This document shows positions 28,679-38,686 of a DNA stretch of 64,000 bases, one piece after another. Each line of letters opens with the position of its first letter. The first letter of the stretch is position 1. The translations under genes and the position numbers were made by a program. Source of the DNA: Thermoanaerobaculia bacterium (GTDB taxonomy: Bacteria; Acidobacteriota; Thermoanaerobaculia; Multivoradales; Multivoraceae); the NCBI GenBank assembly GCA_963664405.1, contig OY761158.1, positions 1,152,001-1,216,000 on the forward strand. The letters run 5' to 3'. Below the pieces are notes generated by a model that did not search any database, was not told the origin of the DNA, and saw only the letters and a program-made list of their open reading frames with translations.

Positions 28679-29530
28679 TCAGTCCCGGCCGGCCTCCATG
28701 TCAGGCTCCGTGCCTGCGACGTCGATGGCCGTGGCCGGATTTGGATCATCCCGGGGATCCATCAGGAGACCGCCTTTCATACTCGCGCGGAAGGGTGTGG
28801 CTACAGTATCCAGACACAGGTGTTCGTAGTTGTCGCGGTCGCCGAGGTTGCCAACGGCAATAGGCACCACGTCTCCGGTCGTCGTTGCGACGGAATATCC
28901 AAGGCGATGGTCGTCGGAGGTGACGCCGGGCATCGGACGCACGCCACCGGCCCAGACCACAACGACGATCTGCTTCGTCTCTGGCGGACAATCGTTCTCG
29001 ATCTGCACGGGATGGGTGGCAAACGCCAACGCGAGAGAAGGTCCGTCCGCGAGGGGTGTCACCGGCACCGACATACCCCGCGCGTCGGCATCGCCGGCTA
29101 CGGTCAGTTGGCCTGTGATCTCGACCATGACGGGAGGGTCGTCTGGCTCATCCCCGAACTCTCCGATGAGCAAAACGGTGTGCCGCTCAGCTGCTTCAGT
29201 TGCCGGGCGAGTGGTGGCACGTAGAGGATGGAGTCGCGCCCCTGAGCGCGTGACAACCGTGAACGAATTCGGATCAATCGGCTCCTCGACTCTTCGGGAG
29301 AAGATCACCGGCATCCCATCCATGTCAGACGGTAACGCGTTATCCAGGCCGAAGAATGCGCTGACCATACGCAAGGGTTGCTCATCCAGCGTGGTTCGTT
29401 CACCCACCTGGGTGGGCTTGGGCTCTTCTCCTGTTGAAAACGCCCCCAGCGTCAACGCGACAAGGCCCAAAGCCGCGTGGCAGACACCGATGGCCCGGCT
29501 ACGACTGTTGTTCTTCATCCACGCTCGCAC
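28679..29530 (-). CDS. Secreted hypothetical protein
   Basis: Hydrophobic leader; natural-looking globular sequence (SAFFGLDNALP..DGMPVIFS, TVLLIGEFG, DRDNYEHLCL); start uncertain. Confidence 0.7.
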   Translation of the reverse strand: MRAWMKNNSRSRAIGVCHAALGLVALTLGAFSTGEEPKPTQVGERTTLDEQPLRMVSAFFGLDNALPSDMDGMPVIFSRRVEEPIDPNSFTVVTRSGARLHPLRATTRPATEAAERHTVLLIGEFGDEPDDPPVMVEITGQLTVAGDADARGMSVPVTPLADGPSLALAFATHPVQIENDCPPETKQIVVVVWAGGVRPMPGVTSDDHRLGYSVATTTGDVVPIAVGNLGDRDNYEHLCLDTVATPFRASMKGGLLMDPRDDPNPATAIDVAGTEPDMEAGRD

Positions 29531-29831
29531 GACGATGCCGATCGGGTCTGCCCGCTGATGGCTTGCTGAGCACGGTGTTCACGTTCGGTACGACGAGCGT
29601 ATCAGTCCCGGCTTTAAGTGGTCCGACGAGATTGCGCGCCGAGAGGCCCTCAATGCAGTCATCAGGTGCAGGGTTGATCGGCAGAATCGGCAGAGCCCGA
29701 CTCGCGCGCCACGAAGCGCGGCCCCTCACTCTACCCGCTTGTACATGCCGAATAGCCCTGCACCTACTCACATCCGCGGCTCTTTCGGCTCATGCCCTCG
29801 AAATCGCCAAGCGAAAGAAGTAGAGTTACTC

Positions 29832-31211
29832 ATGGCACCAAACCTACCGACTCGACTCATCCCCCCGCTCGGACTCGCGATCCTGGCAGCCTGTGGCGGT
29901 GGCCCTACTCCTGACAGCGCACGCGCGGAGCCCGCCGGACTGGCCATCGTCGGAGCTCAGCTCATCGACGGCAGCGGCGGGGCGCCGATCGCCGACTCGG
30001 TCGTCTTGGTTCGCGACGGGCGCATCCACGCCGCCGGCCCGCGCGACACCACCGAGATCCCGGAAGGCGCAGAGGTCGTTGACGCCACCGGAAAAACGAT
30101 CATCCCCGGGCTGGTAGACCTGCACGCCCACTATCGCGACCCGCGATCGGCGGCAGAGCAGGCGCTCAGGTCGCAGCTCTACTACGGCGTGACCACCACC
30201 CGCAGCGTCGGCAGTGACAGCGCGGAAAGCGTGGCGCTGCTGCTCGAGGCACATGCTGGGCGTCCCGACCTGCCCAGGGCATTCACCGCCGGGCTCGGCT
30301 TTTCCTACCCCGAGGGCTTCAACTCGGGCTCCACCAACACCCCCACCACCGAGGAGGAGGCGCGGGCGATGGTGCGGGAGCAGGCGGCGCTCGGCATCCA
30401 CTTCACCAAGATGTGGATCAACGCAGTAGCGGAGCCGAACCGGAAGATCCCGCCGGAGATCCGGGCGGCCATCGTCGACGAATCGATCAAGAACGGGCTC
30501 ATCCCGATCGCGCACATCAACGAAGAGTCCGATGGCCTCCAGCTCCTCGAGGTCGGCCTCAACGAGTTCCTTCACAGCACGGTGCGCACCTTCGGTCCCG
30601 GGGCCGGCGTGCCGATGGACGACCCGGAGCCCAGCCAGGCGTTCCTCGACCTGTGTCTGGAGAAGGACTGCGGCTTCGCGCCGACCCTGTCCGTCAGCCA
30701 GAACGCCTGGCACTTCGCCGAACATCCCGAGCTGCTGGACGACCCGCAGCTGCGGGCGGTGATGAACCCGGCCGCACTGGAGCGCTTCAGCGACCCGGAG
30801 ACGCGGGCGAGCATCGTCGAGGCGGAAGGCTTCGAGGACCGCAAGGCCGCCTTCCGGCAGCTCCAGGACTTCGTGAAGACGGTCCACGACGCCGGCATCG
30901 AGGTGGCGCTTGGCACCGACAGCGGCACCGGCAACGTGCCGATGGGTTGGGGCACCCACCACGAGCTCGAGCTCTACATCGAGGCGGGCCTCACCCCCAT
31001 GGAAACGCTCGTCGCGGCCACCGCCACCGGGGCCGGCCGAATGCCGCCGGTGGGCGAAGCGGACTTCGGGACCCTCACCGCCGGCAAGAGCGCCGACCTG
31101 ATCGTGCTCAACGCCGACCCGCTGACCGACATCCGCAACACGCTCGAGATCGACCGGGTGATGCTGCGCGGTGAATGGGTGGACCGCGACGCGCTGTTGC
31201 CGTCGCCATAG
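29832..31211 (+). CDS. Amidohydrolase-family lipoprotein (imidazolonepropionase-like)
   Basis: Lipobox ILAAC; DATGKTIIPGLVDLHAH; ALGTDSG; GKSADLIVLNADPL. Confidence 0.9.
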   Translation: MAPNLPTRLIPPLGLAILAACGGGPTPDSARAEPAGLAIVGAQLIDGSGGAPIADSVVLVRDGRIHAAGPRDTTEIPEGAEVVDATGKTIIPGLVDLHAHYRDPRSAAEQALRSQLYYGVTTTRSVGSDSAESVALLLEAHAGRPDLPRAFTAGLGFSYPEGFNSGSTNTPTTEEEARAMVREQAALGIHFTKMWINAVAEPNRKIPPEIRAAIVDESIKNGLIPIAHINEESDGLQLLEVGLNEFLHSTVRTFGPGAGVPMDDPEPSQAFLDLCLEKDCGFAPTLSVSQNAWHFAEHPELLDDPQLRAVMNPAALERFSDPETRASIVEAEGFEDRKAAFRQLQDFVKTVHDAGIEVALGTDSGTGNVPMGWGTHHELELYIEAGLTPMETLVAATATGAGRMPPVGEADFGTLTAGKSADLIVLNADPLTDIRNTLEIDRVMLRGEWVDRDALLPSP

Positions 31212-31255
31212 GCTCACGACCAGTCAGTGCACAGGTGCTCTCGACACTCGGTTTG

Positions 31256-32020
31256 ATGACTTCGGCAGGCGACCCGCTCACGGAAGCGACCGACCCGAGC
31301 CTGAAAAGAGCGGCACGGTTCGCGCTCGGGGGCGCGGTCTGCGCCCTGGTACCGATTCCGCTGCTCGACGATCTCCTGCTCGCGCGAACACGGCGTCGGC
31401 TGGTCAGGGAGGTGGCAAAGAGCTGTAGCGTCTGTCTGACTCGAGACCAGGTGTACATACTTGCCGAGTCGCCTCGCAAGGGTTTCTGGGGGTGCGGCGC
31501 AGGGGTTCTCTTCTCCATCTTCGTGCGACTGCCACTCAAGCTGCTGCGACGGATCTTGCGCACAGTCCTCTTCTTTCTTGCCGCTCGCGATGCAAGCGCG
31601 AAAGCGACAAAGATGTTTCACGAGAGCTACCTTCTCGAGCTTGGTATCGGAGAACTGAGGAAGGAGAGTCGAGGCGGCCCGATCACAGAGGATCGCGCCG
31701 TGCTGCTACGAACGGCGATCAGCGCAACGTGGAACGAGATCGACCCGAGCCCCATCCGACAAACGGTCTCAAAGGTCCTCCAGAGTAGCCTCTCGGGCCT
31801 ACGTGGTGCGGGGCGCTCACTCTCACGAGCGACTCGAAGGCGGGGGCGGAGCGAAGAGCCGCCAATGACAGAGTCCGCCTCCGGAGAAGAGACCAAGCCG
31901 ATTCTCGATCGCCTCATTCGCGCTCTCTCGGTAGAAGCCGAGTACGTCGCGGAGCTCGGGCGCGTCTTCCAAAGCAAATGGAGCGCGACCGACGAGAGCC
32001 CTATTCCTCCGCCCGGCTAG
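31256..32020 (+). CDS. Hypothetical membrane-associated protein
   Basis: Open frame filling the gap between neighbouring genes; hydrophobic ALVPIPLLDD segment; start uncertain. Confidence 0.6.
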   Translation: MTSAGDPLTEATDPSLKRAARFALGGAVCALVPIPLLDDLLLARTRRRLVREVAKSCSVCLTRDQVYILAESPRKGFWGCGAGVLFSIFVRLPLKLLRRILRTVLFFLAARDASAKATKMFHESYLLELGIGELRKESRGGPITEDRAVLLRTAISATWNEIDPSPIRQTVSKVLQSSLSGLRGAGRSLSRATRRRGRSEEPPMTESASGEETKPILDRLIRALSVEAEYVAELGRVFQSKWSATDESPIPPPG

Positions 32021-34041
32021 GGATAGGTCGGTGGGTAGGCTGGGAGGCTGCCCAGGATGCCGGAGCGAATCTCTCCAAAGAGATCGCCCCGCCACTCTCC
32101 ACCCTTCGACGACTCAGTCGAGTTGATCACGACGACCAGATCCCACGCCGGAGACACGTAGACGTACTGACCCCCATGGCCGGAGGCGTTGTAGGCCCCG
32201 CGCTCATCGTCGGGGCGGAGCCACCAGAGGTAGCCGTAGCCTCGGCGACTCCACGACGAGGTCGCCCAGGGCTCGATCGAGTCGTCGATCCACCGCCAAT
32301 CGACGATCTGCGCTTCGCCCCAACGGCCTCGATCCAAGTAAAGCTGGCCGAATCGCGCCATCGCCCGCGGAGTCACCGAAAGGTTGTTGCCACCGAGGTA
32401 AATGCCTTGCGGGTCCCGATCCCAGCTCGCCCGCTCGATACCCATCGGCTCGAAGAGCTTGGCGCGCGCGTAATCGAGAGTGCTGCGACCGGTGGCTGCG
32501 GTCAAGGCGGCGGAAAGAAGATGCGTGTTGCCGGTGCTATAGCGGAACACCTCGCCTGGTGAGAACTCCATCGGCCGCTCCAGGGCATTGGCGACCCAGT
32601 CGCGACTCGACACCCAGTTTCCGTAGTTGCCGAAGCTGGTCGACTCGAGCCCTGAAGACATGGTGAGAAGATGTTGGACCGTGATCGATCCCCGGTCCCC
32701 CTCGTCCGCCCCCGACCGACCCAGGAGAGGCGCAATGGGGGTGCCGAGGTCCAACTCGCCTTCCGCAACGGCGATGCCGACGAGGGTCGAGAGAAGACTT
32801 TTCGACGCCGACTTCATGTTGTGGAGCCGATCCGGCCCAGCGCCACGGAAGTAGCGCTCTACGGCGAGGAGGCCGTGGCGCAGGATGATCACCGCTTTGA
32901 CGCCGTCGAGCTCGCCGATCCGTTCCACGCTGGCAGAGAGCCCGGCGACTTCGAAGCCCAGCGTTGCCGGCGCGGCATTCTTCCAGTCGACTTGCCAGCG
33001 ACCCGGCACCGGCTCACGACGAGAAGCGAGCTCTACGAGAAGACCGGTGTGCTCGGGTGGATCGGCTTCAAGAGGCCGCGTCACCTCCGACCACAGTAGA
33101 GCCCAGTCGTCACGATCACCATTCTGGAGAAGGTGGTCGCCCTGCTCCGAAAGGAGGGCCTCGTAGCCAGCTTCGCGGAGTCGGTTCAGGGTCCGACTCT
33201 CAGGTAACGGGCCGAGATCCGCACTCACGATCAGCGGTCGGGCATCGCCGAGGAGAGCGACCAGCTGGCGAGTCTGAGCCTCGCTGACCCCGAGATCCCC
33301 ACGCGTCAACTGAACACCGAGAACTGTCTCGATCCGGCCACCGCCTACGTCGATATCCGCACGTAGCGCGATCCGACGATCGAAAAGGTGCTTGCGCGGC
33401 TGGAGCTCGGAGACCTCGGCGGCGACGATGGGATAACGGCTGAGCACCGCGGCGCCCTCCTCGAAACCGAGCAGCCGCCGCGATCCGTTGGCGCGGGCGT
33501 AAACCGATTCCATCGAGAGCTCGGTTCCGAGCACCTCGACCAGCGGGCGACGATCGACGTAGCGCCACGCCTCTTGCAGGATGACGACATCGGCGTTGAG
33601 CCTACCGACGGCCTCGATCAACCGACGCTCACGCTCGTCGAGGTCAATCCGATCGGGGTAATGGTGAAGAGCATTGAGCTGCACGATCCGTAGGCGCTGG
33701 GCCTCGACCTCTACCGGTCGCGAGGCCCCCATCGAGATCGCGGCGACCTCCCCAGCCATCGCGCCCGTCAGCTCCGAGATGAAGAGCAGGCCCGCCATGA
33801 TGGCCCCTAGCCCCGATGCCAGCAAGACCCAGCGGAGCCACCGCCGCGCCGGCCAAGCAAGCGTCGCCAGGAGAAGACCTCCTACGATCGCGGTGATCAA
33901 GAGGCCGCCCGCGACCGATGGAGTCAGGACGCGATAGCGACCGACATGCCACAAGGCGACGGCCGCAGCGATAACCGCCGCCGCCAGCAGGAGCGCCGCG
34001 GCGACGGGCCAGCGACGAAGAGGAGCACCGACATCTTCCAT
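32017..34041 (-). CDS. Membrane-anchored fusion of an EEP (endonuclease/exonuclease/phosphatase) domain and a class C beta-lactamase-like serine hydrolase
   Basis: Three N-terminal TM segments; LRIVQLN, DVVILQE, GAAVLSRYPI; SASK (SxxK), HLLTMSSG, FRYSTGN, GYGYLWW, ASGHGGQ. Confidence 0.85.
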   Translation of the reverse strand: MEDVGAPLRRWPVAAALLLAAAVIAAAVALWHVGRYRVLTPSVAGGLLITAIVGGLLLATLAWPARRWLRWVLLASGLGAIMAGLLFISELTGAMAGEVAAISMGASRPVEVEAQRLRIVQLNALHHYPDRIDLDERERRLIEAVGRLNADVVILQEAWRYVDRRPLVEVLGTELSMESVYARANGSRRLLGFEEGAAVLSRYPIVAAEVSELQPRKHLFDRRIALRADIDVGGGRIETVLGVQLTRGDLGVSEAQTRQLVALLGDARPLIVSADLGPLPESRTLNRLREAGYEALLSEQGDHLLQNGDRDDWALLWSEVTRPLEADPPEHTGLLVELASRREPVPGRWQVDWKNAAPATLGFEVAGLSASVERIGELDGVKAVIILRHGLLAVERYFRGAGPDRLHNMKSASKSLLSTLVGIAVAEGELDLGTPIAPLLGRSGADEGDRGSITVQHLLTMSSGLESTSFGNYGNWVSSRDWVANALERPMEFSPGEVFRYSTGNTHLLSAALTAATGRSTLDYARAKLFEPMGIERASWDRDPQGIYLGGNNLSVTPRAMARFGQLYLDRGRWGEAQIVDWRWIDDSIEPWATSSWSRRGYGYLWWLRPDDERGAYNASGHGGQYVYVSPAWDLVVVINSTESSKGGEWRGDLFGEIRSGILGSLPAYPPTYP

Positions 34042-34159
34042 CGGCGCTCAAGTTTAGAACGATCGCGCTATCTCGCCGCCCACCCGTTCTCCGACGCGCT
34101 CATAGGAGCGAATTGTGCCAGCGCACACCGTCGAAGCGTTGAAAAAGTCGCGAGCTGGG

Positions 34160-35710
34160 TCACGGGTCTTCGGAGGCTTCGACCTTCAAGACCACCCAGC
34201 CGTTGCGATCATGGACGCGCGGGTAAGGCGTCCGGCCCCACTGCTCTTCCCATCGCCGCTCCAGATCGTGAATCAGAATGTAGTCGTACAGCTGCGCGGC
34301 ACGCCAGTTGAAGCGCTCCGGCACCAGGTGCTCGTCGCCGAGCGAAAGGTAAGGCCGGAGCGAATTGCGGTAGCGCACCGGTGACACCGCGAGTAGGGCA
34401 AACGACTGATCCACTTCACCCAGCTGTCGCGCTTGGTAATAGGAAGGCGCGTGAAGGAAGACGTCGAATCGCAGTCCGGAGGGCGCCCGAGTGTAGATCA
34501 GACCCTTGACGATCTTGCCCGGAGGAATGACCGCGATGGCGTCGTCCAACCCGACGGCGTCACGATCGACGCGTTCGAAGATGGCCGACCACTGAAACGC
34601 AGAAACCAGGTGCAGGCTGATCGCGGCGCATGCCAGTACCGTTTTCAGACGTCCGGGCGAAGGCCAGTTCAGCGTCGACACCAGCAGCAGTGGGGCCAGC
34701 ACCAGGAAGCGCTGGTAGAGCAGGAAGAGACCGTAGGTCGGTAGCTTGCCGCTCTGGAGCGCGGCCGGAAGGACCGCGTAGAGCACCAGGGCCAGCAGCG
34801 CCAGGCTGAGAATCCAAGATCTCGCCGTCGGAGGGCCGCCCTCGGCGCGTCGCCCCCAGAGCGACAGCACGATGACGAGCGCGGCGAGGCCGGCCAACAC
34901 GATCCAGCCGCCACCCCCCGACTCGGCCACATTCAGAGACCATCCGAACGAGGCGATCTTGCGCCCCGGGCCGTCCCACACCGCTCGCACAGCCATACCG
35001 CTCCCGTCGTCGAAGAGCATCGGGAACTTGGCGGCTAGCGTGGCCTGACTGTTCAGGTACCATGCACCGCCCAGCAAGAGCGCCGGGATGGTGGCGCTGA
35101 CACGGATCCTTCGACGCCGCCAATCAGGTGCCTCTAGAACGGTCCAGACAGCCAGCCCGGCGAGACCGAAAGCGAAGACCATCGTATGTGCGAGCACAAG
35201 CAACAACCAGAGCATCGCGTCGACAATCCAGCTGCGCGCACCCCTCTGGCCTTGGAGCAATCGCGCTAGCAACCAGATGAGAATCGGAAGCCCCATACAG
35301 AAGGACATGAAACCGAAGATCAGGTTGAAGTGCAGCGCCAGGAGCATGCCGACGACAGCGTTCCATGGCGACGTGCCGAGACGGCGCGTCAACAAATACA
35401 TCGCACCAGCCATACCCGCCAGGTAGACGATCAGCAAGGCCTTCACCGCGAGCGTCTCGCCCAGGAGAGCCATCGCCGGAGCGAGCAAGAGCAGGTAAAG
35501 CAGGTTGACCTGCGGGAAGAGTTGGCTTTCGAAAGTCTGCGCCAGACCCGGCTCGTCGAGGTGGAGCAACAGCTGAGCGAGAGCGACGTGCTGGGGCAGG
35601 TCGACGAAGGGCAGGAAGGCCGTCGTGGCCACGATGGCGACCTGGAGCATCACGACGCCACAGAGCGCGACAATTGCGGGGCACGGTCTCAAAGGGCTAG
35701 GGTATTCCAT
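34160..35710 (-). CDS. Polytopic membrane protein, probable GT-C glycosyltransferase
   Basis: Multiple TM segments, first-loop motif LPFVDLPQH, soluble C-terminal domain; located in a glycosylation locus. Confidence 0.7.
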   Translation of the reverse strand: MEYPSPLRPCPAIVALCGVVMLQVAIVATTAFLPFVDLPQHVALAQLLLHLDEPGLAQTFESQLFPQVNLLYLLLLAPAMALLGETLAVKALLIVYLAGMAGAMYLLTRRLGTSPWNAVVGMLLALHFNLIFGFMSFCMGLPILIWLLARLLQGQRGARSWIVDAMLWLLLVLAHTMVFAFGLAGLAVWTVLEAPDWRRRRIRVSATIPALLLGGAWYLNSQATLAAKFPMLFDDGSGMAVRAVWDGPGRKIASFGWSLNVAESGGGGWIVLAGLAALVIVLSLWGRRAEGGPPTARSWILSLALLALVLYAVLPAALQSGKLPTYGLFLLYQRFLVLAPLLLVSTLNWPSPGRLKTVLACAAISLHLVSAFQWSAIFERVDRDAVGLDDAIAVIPPGKIVKGLIYTRAPSGLRFDVFLHAPSYYQARQLGEVDQSFALLAVSPVRYRNSLRPYLSLGDEHLVPERFNWRAAQLYDYILIHDLERRWEEQWGRTPYPRVHDRNGWVVLKVEASEDP

Positions 35711-35793
35711 TGGACAGGTCGGGATCTAGCGAGGTCATCGCGGGGCTGTTGCAGCATCCTTCCGCTGTATTCCTTTCTGCTATCGTCCCGGCG

Positions 35794-37617
35794 ATGAAGG
35801 AATCTGAAGCCGCGGCCGACCGCGGCTCGGCGCTGCTGCTGCTCTTGGTCGGAACGGCGCTTGTTTACAGTTTCAAGCTCATCGGCGAGACGTACTTCGA
35901 TGGTTTCGTCTTCGACCTAGGCAGTCCGGGAGTCCCGTCGGCGCTCTACATTGGGTTCCTAGCTCTGTGGAGCTTCTTTGGGCTGTGTGCTGCAACGGCG
36001 TTTACACTCGGCTTCGTCCTGCTGGCGAACTTGCGCAAGGGCGGCTCGGTGGCGAAGAGCCTCCTGCCAGAGTATTCCGATCTGCGGTGGATTGCAGTTT
36101 CAGCGATTCTCGCGTTCCTGATCCCGCTCGGCATCCGCCTTTTTGTGCTCGACGGAGCGCCCCTAACGGACGACGAGAGCGCCTATCGCTTCTCCGCACA
36201 GCTGCTGGCCCAGGGTCGTCTAGTCGCTGACTCTCCACCTGAGAAGCTGTTCTTCGATCGTTCCTTCATGATCAACGACGGTCGTTTCTATAGCCAATAT
36301 TTTCTCGGCTGGCCGGCCCTGATGGTCCCTTTTCTCTGGCTTGGTCTGCCAGGATTGGCGAACGCATTCATCTCGGGTCTCACGGTCCCCGGGGTCTTCC
36401 TAGTGGCGCGGCGTTTCGCAGGCGGCGGAGCTGCCCGCCTGGCGACGCTGCTCTACCTCGGCTCGCCCTTCCTGATGGTCGCTGCAGCGACCGAGCTCTC
36501 GCACACTTCGTGTCTGGGCGCATTGGTGTGGATGACCTGGGCGACCCAGCGAAGCCGAGACGAGGACTCGAACTCCGCGGTAGCGGCATGGGTCGGGCTC
36601 TTCTTCTGCGTGGCCTTCTTCATACGCCCCCTGACGGCTCTGAGCCTCGGCCTGCCCCTCATGGCTTGGTGGGGCCTCGGGGTCTTGAGGCGTCAGGAGA
36701 GGGAAAGATGGCGGGTGGTGGTCGCGTTCGCGATTCCCTGCGTGCTGCTAGGAGGGCTCTTCCTCGAAGTGAACGTCCTACAGAACGGCTCGGCTACGAG
36801 GAGCGCCTATAGCGCGGCACTCGACTACGCGCGCGACAACGACTTCCGGTTTACACACTTTGACGAGGACACTACTCTTTCAGTGCCCCTAGACCCAACC
36901 CGACTCAAGATCGGCATCGCGAATGCCGGCGTGGCGCTCTTCCGGCTCAACGGCGCCATGTTCGGCTGGCCCATCTCTTTCCTATTGGTGCCCTTGGCGT
37001 GGCGAGCCAAGCAATCGGGGGTACTCTGGACGGGCATCGCGGCTTTCATGCTCTTCCACCTGACAATGCTCAACGTCGGAATCGATTCCTTCGGGCCGGT
37101 CCATTATCTCGAGCTCACCTGGCCCACGATCTTACTGTCATCAATCGGCGTGACGCGCCTCACAGAGCACCTGGCGGCTCGACCGGCCGCCGGAGGAATC
37201 GACTGGGCCTGCGCCCCGGCCATCCTGGTCCTTGTGCTCGTTGGTCTGGGGCTCACCTGCTACGTGCCACCGAGATTCGGCGCTTTGCGGAGCATGACCA
37301 CCGTCATCAATCGAGCGCTGCGAACGCCAGAGAACTACGGGCTCTCGAATGCAATCGTCTTCGCCCCGCGCTTTCTCACCCGCAACTGCGAGCTACCCGC
37401 GCCCCAGTCCTTCGTTCAATGGCGCCCCAATCCAGACCCGAGCCTGGAGGACAACATCCTGTGGGTGAATCACATCACAATCGACGACGACCGGCGCCTG
37501 ATGCGGCACTTCCCCGACCGGCAAGGCTTCGTCTTCGGTTGGGCGAGGGGCTGCAAGGGGGCGTTGCTGGCTCTCGACGACCCACGGGCCGACACGATTC
37601 CACCCGGTCCGAGCTAG
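35794..37617 (+). CDS. GT-C glycosyltransferase (PMT/ArnT-like)
   Basis: Many TM segments; acidic first-loop motif PLTDDESAY; FIRP motif; C-terminal periplasmic domain. Confidence 0.8.
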   Translation: MKESEAAADRGSALLLLLVGTALVYSFKLIGETYFDGFVFDLGSPGVPSALYIGFLALWSFFGLCAATAFTLGFVLLANLRKGGSVAKSLLPEYSDLRWIAVSAILAFLIPLGIRLFVLDGAPLTDDESAYRFSAQLLAQGRLVADSPPEKLFFDRSFMINDGRFYSQYFLGWPALMVPFLWLGLPGLANAFISGLTVPGVFLVARRFAGGGAARLATLLYLGSPFLMVAAATELSHTSCLGALVWMTWATQRSRDEDSNSAVAAWVGLFFCVAFFIRPLTALSLGLPLMAWWGLGVLRRQERERWRVVVAFAIPCVLLGGLFLEVNVLQNGSATRSAYSAALDYARDNDFRFTHFDEDTTLSVPLDPTRLKIGIANAGVALFRLNGAMFGWPISFLLVPLAWRAKQSGVLWTGIAAFMLFHLTMLNVGIDSFGPVHYLELTWPTILLSSIGVTRLTEHLAARPAAGGIDWACAPAILVLVLVGLGLTCYVPPRFGALRSMTTVINRALRTPENYGLSNAIVFAPRFLTRNCELPAPQSFVQWRPNPDPSLEDNILWVNHITIDDDRRLMRHFPDRQGFVFGWARGCKGALLALDDPRADTIPPGPS

Positions 37618-37671
37618 CTGCCGGGACTGATAGCGGAGGCGACGCACACGATGGTAGGGTCTCGCCGCGCG

Positions 37672-38679
37672 ATGGCAACAGTGCTCGTAACAGGAGGAGC
37701 CGGCTACATCGGCAGTGTGCTGGTGCCAAAGTTGCTCCTCCAGGGCCACCGCGTCGTCGTCCTCGACGCTCTCTGGTTCGGGGATCGGGGGCTTCTGGCA
37801 GTCGCCGATTCGCCCGACCTCTCCCTCGTTCCTGGCGATTTGAGAGACGCGGAGTTGGTCGAGCGCCTGTTGCGCAAGCACGCGCCGGAAGTCGTGATCA
37901 ATCTGGCTGCCGTCTCCAACGACCCCTGTTCAGACATCGACGCAGAGCTCACTCGGAGCATCAACCTGGAGGCGACGTCCAAGCTGATGCATGGCGCCAA
38001 ACAGGCGGGCGTGCGGAGGTTTCTCAACGCCTCTTCGGCCAGCGTCTACGGGATCAAGAAGGAGTCGGAAGTCACAGAGGATCTCTCACTCGAGCCGTTG
38101 ACTCTCTACGCGCGATACAAGGCCGATACGGAGCGTGTCCTGTCGGCGCTCATCGACGACGAGTTTTGCGGCTTTTCGGTTCGCGCAGCTACCGTCTGCG
38201 GCTTTTCGCCGCGACTGAGGCTCGACCTGACCATCAATATCCTCACCTATCATGCAGTAACAAAGGGGCGGATTCGTGTCTTCGGCGGCGAGCAGTATCG
38301 ACCCAACATACACATCCAGGACCTGACCGATCTCTACACCCGTCTAGTCGACATCGACTCCACCGTAATCAACGGAAAGGCACTCAACGTGTCGGCCGGT
38401 AACTCGAGCGTCCTCGAACTGGCGCATATGGTTCGCGACCAGGTTTCAGCCGACATAACGATCGAGATCGTACCGACCGAAGACAATAGGTCGTACCGGC
38501 TTTCGACAAGTCGTGCGAGCAGCGAGATCGGTTTCGCAGCCACCCGGGATCTCAGCGATGCTGTCAAGGAGCTCAAAGCCAGCTTCGAAAACGGCACGAT
38601 CGCTGACCCTGATGACTTTCACTATCGCAACGTCGAGGTCATGACGCGACACCCTGAGATCTTGGCCTACACGGGCTGA
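37672..38679 (+). CDS. NAD-dependent nucleotide-sugar epimerase/dehydratase
   Basis: VLVTGGAGYIG, ASSASVYG, YARYK (YxxxK), GFSPRLRLDL. Confidence 0.93.
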   Translation: MATVLVTGGAGYIGSVLVPKLLLQGHRVVVLDALWFGDRGLLAVADSPDLSLVPGDLRDAELVERLLRKHAPEVVINLAAVSNDPCSDIDAELTRSINLEATSKLMHGAKQAGVRRFLNASSASVYGIKKESEVTEDLSLEPLTLYARYKADTERVLSALIDDEFCGFSVRAATVCGFSPRLRLDLTINILTYHAVTKGRIRVFGGEQYRPNIHIQDLTDLYTRLVDIDSTVINGKALNVSAGNSSVLELAHMVRDQVSADITIEIVPTEDNRSYRLSTSRASSEIGFAATRDLSDAVKELKASFENGTIADPDDFHYRNVEVMTRHPEILAYTG

Positions 38680-38686
38680 GCCGACA

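Noticed and set aside
32017-33000. Beta-lactam resistance gene
   Set aside because: The motifs fit the NylB/esterase-like serine hydrolases better than AmpC (no KTG; YST instead of YxN).
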